From the NCBI GenBank assembly GCA_037925075.1, contig JAXSNR010000002.1, positions 352,001-416,000 of the forward strand: a stretch of 64,000 bases of DNA, given 5' to 3'. Position numbers and translations under genes: made by a program. Each line of letters begins with the position of its first letter. Within the stretch, counting starts at the first letter, position 1. The stretch comes from Aquificaceae bacterium. Lineage in GTDB: Bacteria; Aquificota; Aquificia; Aquificales; Aquificaceae. Below, piece by piece: positions 42,152 through 52,602 of the stretch. The notes beneath the pieces are model-generated. The model had not been told where the DNA came from. It saw only the letters and a program-made list of their open reading frames with translations, and ran no database searches.

Positions 42152-42859
42152 ATGACCTACTTTGACCTTTTAACAAAAAGGTTTCTGGTGGGACACAGAG
42201 GAGTGCCAGAGCTTGAGTTAGAAAACACCCTTCAGTCTATTCAGAGGGCTATAGAGTTTGGTGCACAGGTGGTGGAGGTGGACATCCAAAGGACAAGGGA
42301 CGGAGTCCTTGTGCTAAGCCACGATGAGAACATTAAAAGAACCTTTGGAGTGGACAAGAACATACACGAAGGCACATGGCAAGAGATCAAAGGCGTTGAA
42401 AAGGATGGCCACAGGTTGGCAAGGCTTGAGGAAGCCCTTGAGTTGGTAGGTGGCAAGGCGGGCATGTTTTTGGAGGTAAAGCACCCAGAGGATGCTCAAG
42501 AGGTTTATAAAAAGGTTTTGGAGCACAGGGCTGCGGACTGGACCGCCATAATAAGCTTTTACCCTCAAGCCCTTGAGGAGCTAAAAGGAAAGATAACCAC
42601 CGGGCTTGTATATTCAAAACCACCGGGCATGATACCTGAGGCTAAAAGGTTGGGCTGTTTGTTTGCTCTTCCCAAGTACGGGCTGGCAACTCAAAAGGCT
42701 GTGGACTTTGCCCATAGGTTGAAGCTTAAGGTGGTAGCATGGACCGTCAACGACCCCCAAAAGGCAAGAGAACTTTTTGAAAGAGGCGTGGACGGAATAG
42801 CCACGGACTGTGTTAAAACATTGAAAGTGCAACTCTCTTCTATTCTATCCTCTCCTTGA
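42152..42859 (+). CDS. Glycerophosphodiester phosphodiesterase family protein
   Basis: GHRG, ENT, EVDIQ, SHD, WTVND, GVDGIATD. Confidence 0.92.
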   Translation: MTYFDLLTKRFLVGHRGVPELELENTLQSIQRAIEFGAQVVEVDIQRTRDGVLVLSHDENIKRTFGVDKNIHEGTWQEIKGVEKDGHRLARLEEALELVGGKAGMFLEVKHPEDAQEVYKKVLEHRAADWTAIISFYPQALEELKGKITTGLVYSKPPGMIPEAKRLGCLFALPKYGLATQKAVDFAHRLKLKVVAWTVNDPQKARELFERGVDGIATDCVKTLKVQLSSILSSP

Positions 42860-44194
42860 CTATAATAAGTTTTTCATCCTCAGAAAGCTTGTGAGAAAGC
42901 CTTGGGAAGTAGCTTATGCGATTTTCCTTCATGACTCCCAAAACACGATAACCTTTAACCTCTAATTTTTTTCTCTATCTCTTCTATCTTTTTTCCAGCT
43001 TCTGCGGGTATAACCTCCAACTGAAATCTTTCCGCCATGTGCTGTATAAGGTCCGCAAGTGCCCTTCCATGAATAAGGCTCGCTATGATTGAACCCACTA
43101 TCTCCCCTCCTATTATGATGTAATCCGCCACCCTTCTTCTCTTTATCAGCTTGGCATTTTCTCTTAGAAGAATTTCTAAGACGATGACCGCATTGGGATT
43201 AAGGTCTCTTGCTTGTAGACCCGCTAATATGGTTCTTGCATCCACAGAGTCTTCCGAGTAGCCTGTTAATTTTTCCGCCAACACTATCACCATATGAGCC
43301 CTTTCTATGCCCGCATCCTTCATAACCTCCTCACTTCCAAAGTCGCCCCTCTTATAATGAAAACCTTTGTATGTGCTTAGGTCTTGTGTGCTTATGACCA
43401 CTATGTCTTTTCCAGAGTGCTTTAACCTTTCAAGTATCACACCGCCTGTTTCATTCCATCCACATATGACTATATGGTCTTGCATATCCTTGTAGCTTAA
43501 CATTCCCAACCTTAACATACTAACATAGCTTGCCAATCCCGCACTCAGGGTAGCCACAAAGCTGGAAAAGGCAAGCACACCACTTACTGCGGCCATCATA
43601 ACTATAACTTTGCCCTCCCAAGTGATTGGTGTTATGTCTCCATAACCCACTGTTGTTATGGTTATAACAAGCGTATAAAAGGCGTCAAAGAGGTTTGATA
43701 TATTGGGGTTGCCTGCTCTTTTCTCAATGGAGTAGAAGATAAGGAGTGATATAAGGAATACAGCAGGGAAAAAGGAGGAAAGAAGCATTAGCTCAAAGAA
43801 TACGTTTCTGAATATATCTCTGAGGGTTAAGAAAATATACCTGTAGCGGTAGGTTATTCTGAAAAACCTTGCAGTAAGCAATATACCTCAAAAGTCTGAA
43901 GGGCTGAAAATATGGAACGATAGCGATCAAGTCAAGCAAAGAGAGAGGATGTAAAAGGTAATACAGTCTATTCTTAGAAAGGTACAATCTTCCAAAGTAT
44001 TCAAAAAGAATAACCGTTGAAACGAAAACCTCAATGTGGATAACTATGAAATGAATATCCTTCGTAAAACCCTTAAGCTCATCATAAACACCAAGGACAA
44101 CGGAAAGTGCAAGTATACTAAAGGAAAAGCTTTGGTAGAGTATAAAAAGGGGAGAAGCGATATTCTCAAGCAAGTTATGAAGAAGTCTGTGCAT
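42840..44194 (-). pseudogene. Voltage-gated-type K+ channel with RCK domain, interrupted by two frameshifts
   Basis: S1-S4 in 43793-44194 ORF; TVGYGD pore and RCK-N in 42955-43881 ORF; RCK-C continues in another frame to TAG at 42840; shifts near 43885 and in a 7-nt A run (42966-42972). Confidence 0.85.
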
Positions 44195-44207
44195 ATATTT
44201 TTATTCT

Positions 44208-46052
44208 ATGCTTTTGGATAGCTTTGATGTGGCGGTTATTGGTGGTGGTCATGCGGGTATAGAGGCTGCTTTGGCATCCTCTCGTATGGGTGCAAAGACC
44301 CTCCTTTTTGTCCTAAATGCGGATACCATAGGCCAGATGTCCTGTAATCCAGCCATAGGAGGTATAGCAAAGGGCATAGTGGTCAGGGAGATAGACGCCT
44401 TAGGTGGTGAAATGGCAAAGGCCATAGACCACACGGGCATACAGTTTAAGATGCTCAACACAAGAAAGGGAAAAGCGGTTTGGTCTCCAAGGGCTCAGGC
44501 GGACAAGAAGCTTTATAGAGAGTACATGAAGAGGGTTTGTGAATCTCAGGAAAACCTCCACATAAAACAGGACGAGGTGGTGGATATTATCACCGAAGAT
44601 AACAAGGTGGTGGCGGTTCGCACCAAGTTAGGGCTTGAGTACAAAGTTAAGGCGGTGGTGGTTGCCACTGGCACCTTTTTAAACGGTCTTATATACATAG
44701 GAGACAAAACCTTCCCCGCAGGTAGGGCTTGGGAGCCTCCTTCTACGAGCCTTGCAGACTTTTACAAAAGGCATGGCTTTCCCCTTTTGAGGTTCAAAAC
44801 GGGCACACCCGCAAGGCTTGACAAAAGGACCATAGATTTTTCCGTGCTTGAGCCAGCACCGGGTGATGACCCGCCACCCAAGTTTTCCTTCTGGACAGAG
44901 CCCGTAGGAAGCTACTGGTTTGAAAAGGGCAAAAGGCAAGCCCTATGCTGGATAACCTACACAACACCAAAAACTCACGAGATAATACGCAAAAACCTCC
45001 ATCGTACAGCTCTGTACGGAGGCCTCATAAAGGGCATAGGACCAAGATACTGCCCATCCATAGAGGACAAGGTGGTAAAGTTTTCCGACAAGGAAAGGCA
45101 TACCATCTTCCTTGAACCAGAAGGTTGGGACACCATAGAGATATACCCAAACGGACTTTCTACCTCCTTGCCAGAAGAAGTTCAATGGGAAATGTACAGG
45201 AGCATTCCGGGGCTTGAAAAGGTGGAGCTGATCCGCCCAGCCTACGCCATAGAGTACGACATGGTGCCACCCACGGAGCTATATCCTACTTTGGAGACCA
45301 AGAAGATAAGGGGCCTTTTCCACGCAGGGAACTTAAACGGTACCACGGGCTACGAGGAGGCAGCAGGGCAAGGGATCCTTGCGGGTATAAACGCCGCCCT
45401 TAGAGCCTTTGGAAAAGAACCCATATACCTCAGAAGAGATGAAAGCTACATAGGCATAATGGTGGATGACCTTGTGACCAAGGGAGTGATGGAACCCTAC
45501 AGGCTCTTTACCTCAAGGTCCGAGTACAGGCTACAGCTAAGGCAAGACAATGCCATACTGAGACTTTCAAAGCTTGGCTATGAGCTTGGGCTTTTGTCTG
45601 AGGAACAGTACAAGCTTGTGAGGGAGCTTCAAGGGGAAATAGAAAACTGGATTGAGTTTTACAAGTCTCAGAAGGTGGCGGTTGCAGTAGGCTCTGACAC
45701 AAAGAGCTACACACCTTCCCAACTTCTCACCGCGGATTACACAATGGAGGACTTAAAAAACTTTGGCTTTAAGGTGCCAGAAAATCCCTACGTAAGGGAA
45801 GAAGTGGAAATCCAGCTAAAGTATGAGCCTTATATAGAGCGTGAGCGGAAACTAAACGAAAGGTTAAGGAAGCTTGAGGGCATAGCCCTCCCGCAGGATA
45901 TGTATTACGACCAAGTGCCCGGTCTTACCAAGGAGGCAAGGGAAAAGCTTAAAAAGTTTAGACCCATCACGGTAGGACAGGCAAGTAGGATAGACGGCAT
46001 AACACCAGCAACCATAACCGCCCTTCTTGCGTACCTTGGCAAGCTGGACTGA
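44208..46052 (+). CDS. mnmG: tRNA U34 5-carboxymethylaminomethyl modification enzyme MnmG/GidA
   Basis: GGGHAG, MSCNPAIGG, RFKTGTP, GPRYCPSIEDK, NGTTGYEEAA. Confidence 0.98.
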   Translation: MLLDSFDVAVIGGGHAGIEAALASSRMGAKTLLFVLNADTIGQMSCNPAIGGIAKGIVVREIDALGGEMAKAIDHTGIQFKMLNTRKGKAVWSPRAQADKKLYREYMKRVCESQENLHIKQDEVVDIITEDNKVVAVRTKLGLEYKVKAVVVATGTFLNGLIYIGDKTFPAGRAWEPPSTSLADFYKRHGFPLLRFKTGTPARLDKRTIDFSVLEPAPGDDPPPKFSFWTEPVGSYWFEKGKRQALCWITYTTPKTHEIIRKNLHRTALYGGLIKGIGPRYCPSIEDKVVKFSDKERHTIFLEPEGWDTIEIYPNGLSTSLPEEVQWEMYRSIPGLEKVELIRPAYAIEYDMVPPTELYPTLETKKIRGLFHAGNLNGTTGYEEAAGQGILAGINAALRAFGKEPIYLRRDESYIGIMVDDLVTKGVMEPYRLFTSRSEYRLQLRQDNAILRLSKLGYELGLLSEEQYKLVRELQGEIENWIEFYKSQKVAVAVGSDTKSYTPSQLLTADYTMEDLKNFGFKVPENPYVREEVEIQLKYEPYIERERKLNERLRKLEGIALPQDMYYDQVPGLTKEAREKLKKFRPITVGQASRIDGITPATITALLAYLGKLD

Positions 46053-46067
46053 TTTAAAATATTTTTC

Positions 46068-46382
46068 ATGTATGGCTACTATGTGGTTTTCATCACCGTG
46101 CCCGTGGAGAAGGCTCAGGAGATTGCCAACTACATAGTAGAGAAAAAACTCGGTGCCTGTGTAAATGTGGTGCAAGAAGTAAGCTCCATATACTGGTGGA
46201 AGGGAAGCATAGAAAGGGACAGGGAAAGCCTTTTGGTGGTAAAAACCTCAGGAAAGAAGTTTGAAGACCTACTGAAGGGTGTCAAATCTGTACATCCCTA
46301 CACGGTTCCAGAGATAATAGCCCTTCCTATAGTGGCGGGCAATGAAGATTACCTTAGGTGGATAGATGACTCCCTTGGGTGA
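46068..46382 (+). CDS. cutA: Divalent-cation tolerance protein CutA
   Basis: LGACVN, SIYWWKG, HPYTVPEII. Confidence 0.94.
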   Translation: MYGYYVVFITVPVEKAQEIANYIVEKKLGACVNVVQEVSSIYWWKGSIERDRESLLVVKTSGKKFEDLLKGVKSVHPYTVPEIIALPIVAGNEDYLRWIDDSLG

Positions 46383-46426
46383 GTTCTCTCATAGCCCCTT
46401 AGCTTGTTTAAATCTATATTTTCCTC

Positions 46427-47311
46427 ATGGTATGCAAGCATGAGCATGAATTTTATACACCCAGCACCAAGGCTCAAAAGAGGGTCCTTGTAGTTTTCCT
46501 TATTACCCTTTTCACCATGCTTTTGGAGATTTTTGCAGGCTACGTGTTTAACTCCGTTGCCCTTCTTGCGGATGGTATTCATATGTCCACTCACGCCCTT
46601 GCCTTTGCCATAGCCTACTTGGCTTACTTTTTTGCCAAAAGGTGGGCAAGAGAAGGTGGTTTTACCTTTGGCACATGGAAGGTGGAAGTGCTGGGGGCTT
46701 ATACAAGTTCCATTCTGCTTTTCTTCCTGTCCTTTCTCATATTGGAGGAGATAGTCTACAAGTTTCTAAAAGGTGGGGAAACTAAGTATGATGAGGCATT
46801 GCTTGTGGCTGTGGTGGGTCTTGGGGTAAACCTTTTAAGTGCTTACATACTGCAAGGTCATCATGAGCATGAACACCACCACGACCTGAACTTAAAGGGT
46901 GCTTACCTGCATGTACTTGCGGACGCCCTTACCTCTGTGCTTGCCATCGGTGGTTTGCTTGCAGGGAAGTATTTAGGTCTTTGGTTTATGGACCCTCTCA
47001 TGGGACTTTTTGGTTTTGTGCTAATAGTCAAATGGTCTTTGGGACTTATGAGAGAGACAGCACCCATACTCCTTGACAGGGAGGGGAAAAACCCCCTCGT
47101 GAAAGAGATAATAAGAGCTCTTGAGGAAGAGGGTAAGGGTAGGGTCTACGACCTACATCTTCTCAAGATTTATGGCAACAGGTATGCCTGCATAGTAGGG
47201 CTTGAGACCTTTGAAGATTACAACCTTGAGCACTACCACAGAATAATCTCCCGCTTTGAGGAAGTAGCCCACACCACCATAGAACTCAGGAGATGTACAG
47301 ATAGAAGATAA
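46427..47311 (+). CDS. Cation diffusion facilitator (DmeF/CzcD-like)
   Basis: ALLADGIHM, His-rich loop, NLKGAYLHVLADALTS. Confidence 0.92.
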   Translation: MVCKHEHEFYTPSTKAQKRVLVVFLITLFTMLLEIFAGYVFNSVALLADGIHMSTHALAFAIAYLAYFFAKRWAREGGFTFGTWKVEVLGAYTSSILLFFLSFLILEEIVYKFLKGGETKYDEALLVAVVGLGVNLLSAYILQGHHEHEHHHDLNLKGAYLHVLADALTSVLAIGGLLAGKYLGLWFMDPLMGLFGFVLIVKWSLGLMRETAPILLDREGKNPLVKEIIRALEEEGKGRVYDLHLLKIYGNRYACIVGLETFEDYNLEHYHRIISRFEEVAHTTIELRRCTDRR

Positions 47312-47326
47312 ACAATTTTACAATTT

Positions 47327-47342
47327 TGTAAACATTTCTACA
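47327..47342 (+). promoter_or_regulatory. NifA-type upstream activator sequence (TGT-N10-ACA)
   Basis: TGT-AAACATTTCT-ACA about 100 bp upstream of the inferred sigma54 start; overlaps TTTACA-ATTT-TGTAAA inverted repeat (47317-47332). Confidence 0.6.
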
Positions 47343-47384
47343 TAAACTTCAAATACCTACCTTTTTAAAAGATAGTAAAATTAA

Positions 47385-47783
<399 letters not shown>

Positions 47784-47807
47784 AAAATCTTATAAAGGAG
47801 GTTCAAG

Positions 47808-49217
47808 ATGCCAAAGTATACGCCAGAAGAGGTGCTAAGCCTCATTGAGCAGGAAGGGGTCCAGTATGTGGACCTGCGTTTTTCCGACCTTTTTGGTCAG
47901 TGGCAACACCTTACCATACCAGCCTACGAGCTGTCTTTGGATACCTTTGAAGAGGGTAGAGGCTTTGATGGTTCTTCCATAAGAGGTTGGCAGTCCATTC
48001 ACGAATCGGACATGCTTGCCTTTCCAGACCCTACCACAGCCTTTATAGACCCCTTTATGGAGCCCAAGACTTTGGTTATGATATGCGATATCTGTGACCC
48101 TATAACAAGGGAACGGTACGGTAGGGACACACGCTACATAGCCCAGAAGGCGGAGCAATACCTAAAACAGACAGGCATAGGAGACACTGCCTATTATGGA
48201 CCTGAGGCGGAGTTTTTCATCTTTGACTCTGTGGAGTTTGGCACATCCTCAAACTATGCCTTTTGGAGGGTAGACTCAGAAGAAGGCTGGTGGAATAGAG
48301 AGGTAACCTCTTCCGGATACAAGATACCCAACAAAAGGGGATACTTTCCAGTGCCACCTTTGGACAGGACCCACGACCTAAGGAATGAGATGGTTTCCAT
48401 CATGTCCCAGCTTGGTATTGTGGTGGAGCTACACCACCATGAAGTTGCCACCGCAGGGCAGGGAGAAATAGACATTCGTTATGACTCTTTACTAACCCAA
48501 GCGGATAAGCTCTTTCTTTACAAGTATGTGGTGCGTATGGTGGCTTACAAGCATGGAAAGTATGCAACCTTTATGCCCAAGGTCCTACCCAACGACAATG
48601 GCTCAGGTATGCACACACACTTCTCCATATGGAAAGAGGGACAAAACCTCTTTGCAGGTTCAGGGTATGCGGGAGTTTCTGATATATGCCTTTATTCCAT
48701 TGGTGGTATTCTCAAGCACGGTCCCGCACTAACCGCCTTTACAAACCCAACCATCAACTCCTACCACAGGCTTGTGCCGGGCTTTGAGGCGCCCGTAAGG
48801 CTTGCCTACTCCGCCAGAAACAGGTCTGCATCCATAAGGATACCCATGTACTCCCAGTCTCCAAAGGCTAAAAGGATAGAGATTCGCTTCCCAGACCCAA
48901 CTTGCAACCCATACCTTGCCTTTTCCGCCATCCTTATGGCCGCCATAGACGGCATAGAAAACCGCATACACCCAGGAGAGCCCTTTGACAAGGACATTTA
49001 CTCCCTACCACCAGAAGAGTTAAAGGACATACCACAGCTTCCCGGCTCCTTGGAAGAAGCCCTCAAAGCCCTTGAAAACGACTACGAATTCCTACTCAAA
49101 GGTGGTGTATTTACGGAGGACCTCATAGAAACATGGATAAGCTCCAAGAAAAAGGAGATTGACGAGATGAGGTTTATACCCCATCCTAAGGAGTTTGAAC
49201 TTTACTTTGATATTTAA
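47808..49217 (+). CDS. glnA: Glutamine synthetase type I
   Basis: FDGSSI, GPEAEFF, HHEVA, NGSGMHTH, RLVPGFEAP, DKDIY adenylylation-type region. Confidence 0.98.
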   Translation: MPKYTPEEVLSLIEQEGVQYVDLRFSDLFGQWQHLTIPAYELSLDTFEEGRGFDGSSIRGWQSIHESDMLAFPDPTTAFIDPFMEPKTLVMICDICDPITRERYGRDTRYIAQKAEQYLKQTGIGDTAYYGPEAEFFIFDSVEFGTSSNYAFWRVDSEEGWWNREVTSSGYKIPNKRGYFPVPPLDRTHDLRNEMVSIMSQLGIVVELHHHEVATAGQGEIDIRYDSLLTQADKLFLYKYVVRMVAYKHGKYATFMPKVLPNDNGSGMHTHFSIWKEGQNLFAGSGYAGVSDICLYSIGGILKHGPALTAFTNPTINSYHRLVPGFEAPVRLAYSARNRSASIRIPMYSQSPKAKRIEIRFPDPTCNPYLAFSAILMAAIDGIENRIHPGEPFDKDIYSLPPEELKDIPQLPGSLEEALKALENDYEFLLKGGVFTEDLIETWISSKKKEIDEMRFIPHPKEFELYFDI

Positions 49218-49219
49218 TT

Positions 49220-49248
49220 AAAAAAAGCCCCGCCCCTTAAACGGGGCT
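49220..49248. terminator. GC hairpin between glnA and amtB (U-tract only on minus strand)
   Basis: AGCCCCG (49226-49232) / CGGGGCT (49242-49248) preceded by A7. Confidence 0.55.
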
Positions 49249-49262
49249 AAGGAGGAGATAGA

Positions 49263-50543
49263 ATGCATAAGATACTAAGTATTATAACACTGCTATCGGT
49301 CAGTTTTGCCTTTGCACAGGAGGAAAAAGCACCAAAGTTAGACAGTGGCGACACCGCCTGGATGTTAATTTCCACCGCACTTGTCATGCTTATGACCCTT
49401 CCCGGCCTTGCCCTTTTCTACGGTGGTATGGCAAAGAAGAAGGATAGCCTTAACACCATAGCCATGTCCTTTGTCGCTTACGCTATAACTTCTATTCTGT
49501 GGATAATTTACGGCTACAGCCTTGCTTTTGGTTCAGATATGGGTGGTATCATAGGTAGCCCTTCTAAGGTCCTACTCTATGGGGTTGATGCCAAAAGTTT
49601 TCAGGGCACAATACCTGAGCTTCTTTTTGTTGTATTCCAGCTAACCTTTGCGGCAATTACTGCGGCTTTGATAAGTGGCTCCTTTATAGAAAGGCTTAAG
49701 TTCTCCGCATGGGTTCTTTTTGTGATCCTATGGGTTAGCCTTGTGTATGTGCCAGTGGCTCATTGGGTGTGGGGTGGTGGTTTCCTTGCCAAGCTTGGAG
49801 CCTTGGACTTTGCTGGTGGCACCGTTGTTCACATAAACGCAGGCATAGCTGGCCTTGTGGGAGCTCTTATACTTGGAAAAAGAAAAGATGCTACCCTTTT
49901 GCCAAGCAATCTAACGCTTGTTGTCCTTGGAGCTGGTCTTTTGTGGTTTGGGTGGTTTGGCTTTAATGCGGGTTCAGCCCTTGCTTCAAACGCTCTGGCA
50001 TCCGTAGCCCTTATAAACACAAACACCGCAACCGCAATGGCTTCCCTTGCTTGGATGTTCACCGAATGGATCCATAGGAAAAAGCCTACGGTTCTTGGTC
50101 TTGCTTCTGGAGCTATCGCTGGGCTTGTGGCCATAACGCCCGCGGCGGGCTTTGTAAACATAGTGGGTGCTTTGATAATAGGCTTAATAGCCGGCATAGT
50201 GCCTTACTTTATGGTTGCGGTTGTTAAAGAAAAACTCGGATACGATGATGCTCTTGATGTGTTTGGCATACATGGTATAGCAGGGATTATAGGAGCAATG
50301 CTTACAGGTATTTTTGCAGACCCATCCATAAACGAGGCAGGTAAGGGCTTGCTTTATGGAAACCCCTCGCAGGTTCTCATCCAAGCGGTAGCTGTTGCAA
50401 TAACCATAGTGTACGATGCTGTGGCAACCTTTGTAATTTTCCTTGTGATAAAGGCCCTTGTAGGCTTGAAGGTTGCGGAAGACGAAGAAATTGTTGGGCT
50501 TGACAGGTCCCAACATGGCGAAAGTGCCTACAACATCTCATAA
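49263..50543 (+). CDS. amtB: Ammonium transporter
   Basis: [53 protein letters not shown]. Confidence 0.97.
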   Translation: MHKILSIITLLSVSFAFAQEEKAPKLDSGDTAWMLISTALVMLMTLPGLALFYGGMAKKKDSLNTIAMSFVAYAITSILWIIYGYSLAFGSDMGGIIGSPSKVLLYGVDAKSFQGTIPELLFVVFQLTFAAITAALISGSFIERLKFSAWVLFVILWVSLVYVPVAHWVWGGGFLAKLGALDFAGGTVVHINAGIAGLVGALILGKRKDATLLPSNLTLVVLGAGLLWFGWFGFNAGSALASNALASVALINTNTATAMASLAWMFTEWIHRKKPTVLGLASGAIAGLVAITPAAGFVNIVGALIIGLIAGIVPYFMVAVVKEKLGYDDALDVFGIHGIAGIIGAMLTGIFADPSINEAGKGLLYGNPSQVLIQAVAVAITIVYDAVATFVIFLVIKALVGLKVAEDEEIVGLDRSQHGESAYNIS

Positions 50544-50555
50544 GGAGGTATGGAC

Positions 50556-51611
50556 ATGAAGAGATTGTTTTTATTCACCTCGCTGCTTGGAGCTTTTAGT
50601 TTTTCTCATGCCCTTGAGCTAAAGGCAGGCTTTCTTGGAACCCTTAAGGTTAGTGGAGCATTGACTGGCTACATACTCCACAGCAATAACACCTCTGACA
50701 GCAAAAAGACTCGTTACGATGTGGGTTCAGCCCTCATAAACCTTTCTAAACCTGCGGAGCCCTTTGGCTTTACCCTAATAGGTGGTGCCTACGCATTTCC
50801 TGTGGTGGGAGCTGGGCTTTTAAAGACCTCGGACACCACAGACCTCTTTAGTGCTCTCCCAGTTGCCTATGTGGAATACGTTCCCGTAAAGGAACTTTCT
50901 ATTCAAGCGGGTAAGCTTCCCACCCTAATAGGCTATGAGTCCGCCTTTACTTATCTTAACTATTACATACAAAGAGGTCTTGTATGGAACATGCAACCCG
51001 TTATAAACAACGGCGTAAGGCTAACTTATACCACAGACCTTTTTACAGTCAAAGCGGGCATAAACGACGGCTTTTATACCCTTAGCACAAGCCATCCAAA
51101 GCCAGCCTTTGAAGGAAGCATAGCAATAACACCCATCAAAGGGGCATCCCTTTCCCTTAACCTTATAATTCCAGACAAAAGCTCAAGGCCAAACAAAACT
51201 GCATTCCCCGCCAACAAAAGGGAGTTTAACGCCATCATTAGCTACACTTACGAAAGGCTTTCCTTTGGAATGGACCTTATGTATGTGGAGGCTCCAAGGG
51301 ATGCGGTCGCTCAGGTGCCAGAAAAGGCAAAGGCAACCGGTGGCTGTATCCATCTGTCCTATCATCTAAAACCCATTACCCTGTCTGGAAGGATAGAGTA
51401 CGTTAAGGATAACTCCGACGCTGGTGGAATTGACCTTGTAGGGCTTGGCGATGGAAACAGGGGATGGACTTTTACCATAACACCCTCTTACAGTAATGGT
51501 CCTTTGTTCTTAAGAGGGGAAGTTTCCCATGTGGAGGCGGACAATCCCTTTACCCAAAACAGCAAAAAGAGCCAAACAAGGTTTGGAGTTGAGGTGGGTT
51601 TTGTCTTTTAG
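50556..51611 (+). CDS. Putative outer membrane beta-barrel porin
   Basis: Signal peptide, AGKLPTLIGYE motif, amphipathic strands, C-terminal ...VGFVF. Confidence 0.75.
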   Translation: MKRLFLFTSLLGAFSFSHALELKAGFLGTLKVSGALTGYILHSNNTSDSKKTRYDVGSALINLSKPAEPFGFTLIGGAYAFPVVGAGLLKTSDTTDLFSALPVAYVEYVPVKELSIQAGKLPTLIGYESAFTYLNYYIQRGLVWNMQPVINNGVRLTYTTDLFTVKAGINDGFYTLSTSHPKPAFEGSIAITPIKGASLSLNLIIPDKSSRPNKTAFPANKREFNAIISYTYERLSFGMDLMYVEAPRDAVAQVPEKAKATGGCIHLSYHLKPITLSGRIEYVKDNSDAGGIDLVGLGDGNRGWTFTITPSYSNGPLFLRGEVSHVEADNPFTQNSKKSQTRFGVEVGFVF

Positions 51612-51626
51612 CTAAAGAGGGATATT

Positions 51627-52298
51627 ATGAAAGCTTTGGCGATAAGACATATGAGGATAGAGCATCTTGGAATACTTGAGCCTATTTTGAAAGGGATTGG
51701 CTTTGATGTGGAGTATATGGACACCGCTGAAGGTATGCTTTTAAGGAGATCTCTTGAAGATTACTCCCTTTTTGTAGTCCTCGGTGGATACATGGGTGCA
51801 TACGAAGAAGAGAAGTACCCCTTTCTATCCTACGAATACAAGCTTATGGAAGAGGTTCTCAAAAGGGACATGCCCCTTTTGGGCATATGCCTTGGTGCTC
51901 AGATGCTTGCTAAGGTGCTTGGTGCAAGGGTATACAAGGGCAAAAAGGGCAAGGAAATAGGTTGGATGGAGGTTTATAAGGTGGGTGAGCATGACTACTT
52001 TAAGGACTTTCCAGAAAGGCTTACGGTCTTTCAGTGGCATGGAGATACCTTTGACCTTCCAATTGGTGCCATAAGGGTCTATTCTTCTGAAAGATACGAA
52101 AATCAGGCTTTTGTCTTTAAAAGGGCTGTGGGTTTGCAATTTCACATAGAAGTGGACCAAAGCATGGTAAAAGAATGGGCAAGTGCTTATAAGGATGAGC
52201 TAACACAAGAAAACACAAATCTTCAGTTGCCCGCGGAGATGATAATTCACAAAAATAGGCTTTTGGTCAATTCCTTGACAAGCAAGCTTTTGGGGTAG
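51627..52298 (+). CDS. Type 1 glutamine amidotransferase (GuaA-like stand-alone domain)
   Basis: LGICLGAQ, FQWHGDTF, GLQFHIE catalytic triad. Confidence 0.9.
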   Translation: MKALAIRHMRIEHLGILEPILKGIGFDVEYMDTAEGMLLRRSLEDYSLFVVLGGYMGAYEEEKYPFLSYEYKLMEEVLKRDMPLLGICLGAQMLAKVLGARVYKGKKGKEIGWMEVYKVGEHDYFKDFPERLTVFQWHGDTFDLPIGAIRVYSSERYENQAFVFKRAVGLQFHIEVDQSMVKEWASAYKDELTQENTNLQLPAEMIIHKNRLLVNSLTSKLLG

Positions 52299-52308
52299 AA
52301 TATTTACC

Positions 52309-52602
52309 ATGAAAAAGCTTTTCCTTATGAACATAGCCATGTTTATGGCCTTTGGTTGCCATCAGGCGGTAAAGGGTCAAGGGGAAAACACATGGTACCA
52401 TGTGGCTTCCTGCGAAAGGATTAAAACACGGCTTGCACCCACCGTTTGCGGCAAGTGTAGGCTAAAACAGGAAGAGGACAAGCTCCTTGTCATACCCGCC
52501 CAAGACTGTCCAGCTTACGAGACTTACAGATGCACTACAAAGGAGGGTAAAACCTTTCTTATAAACACTCTTGGCTGTAAGCCCTACGAAGACAAAAGGT
52601 GA
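52309..52602 (+). CDS. Cysteine-rich small lipoprotein, hypothetical
   Basis: Lipobox AFGC plus six further Cys; GTGA overlap with arsB. Confidence 0.65.
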   Translation: MKKLFLMNIAMFMAFGCHQAVKGQGENTWYHVASCERIKTRLAPTVCGKCRLKQEEDKLLVIPAQDCPAYETYRCTTKEGKTFLINTLGCKPYEDKR

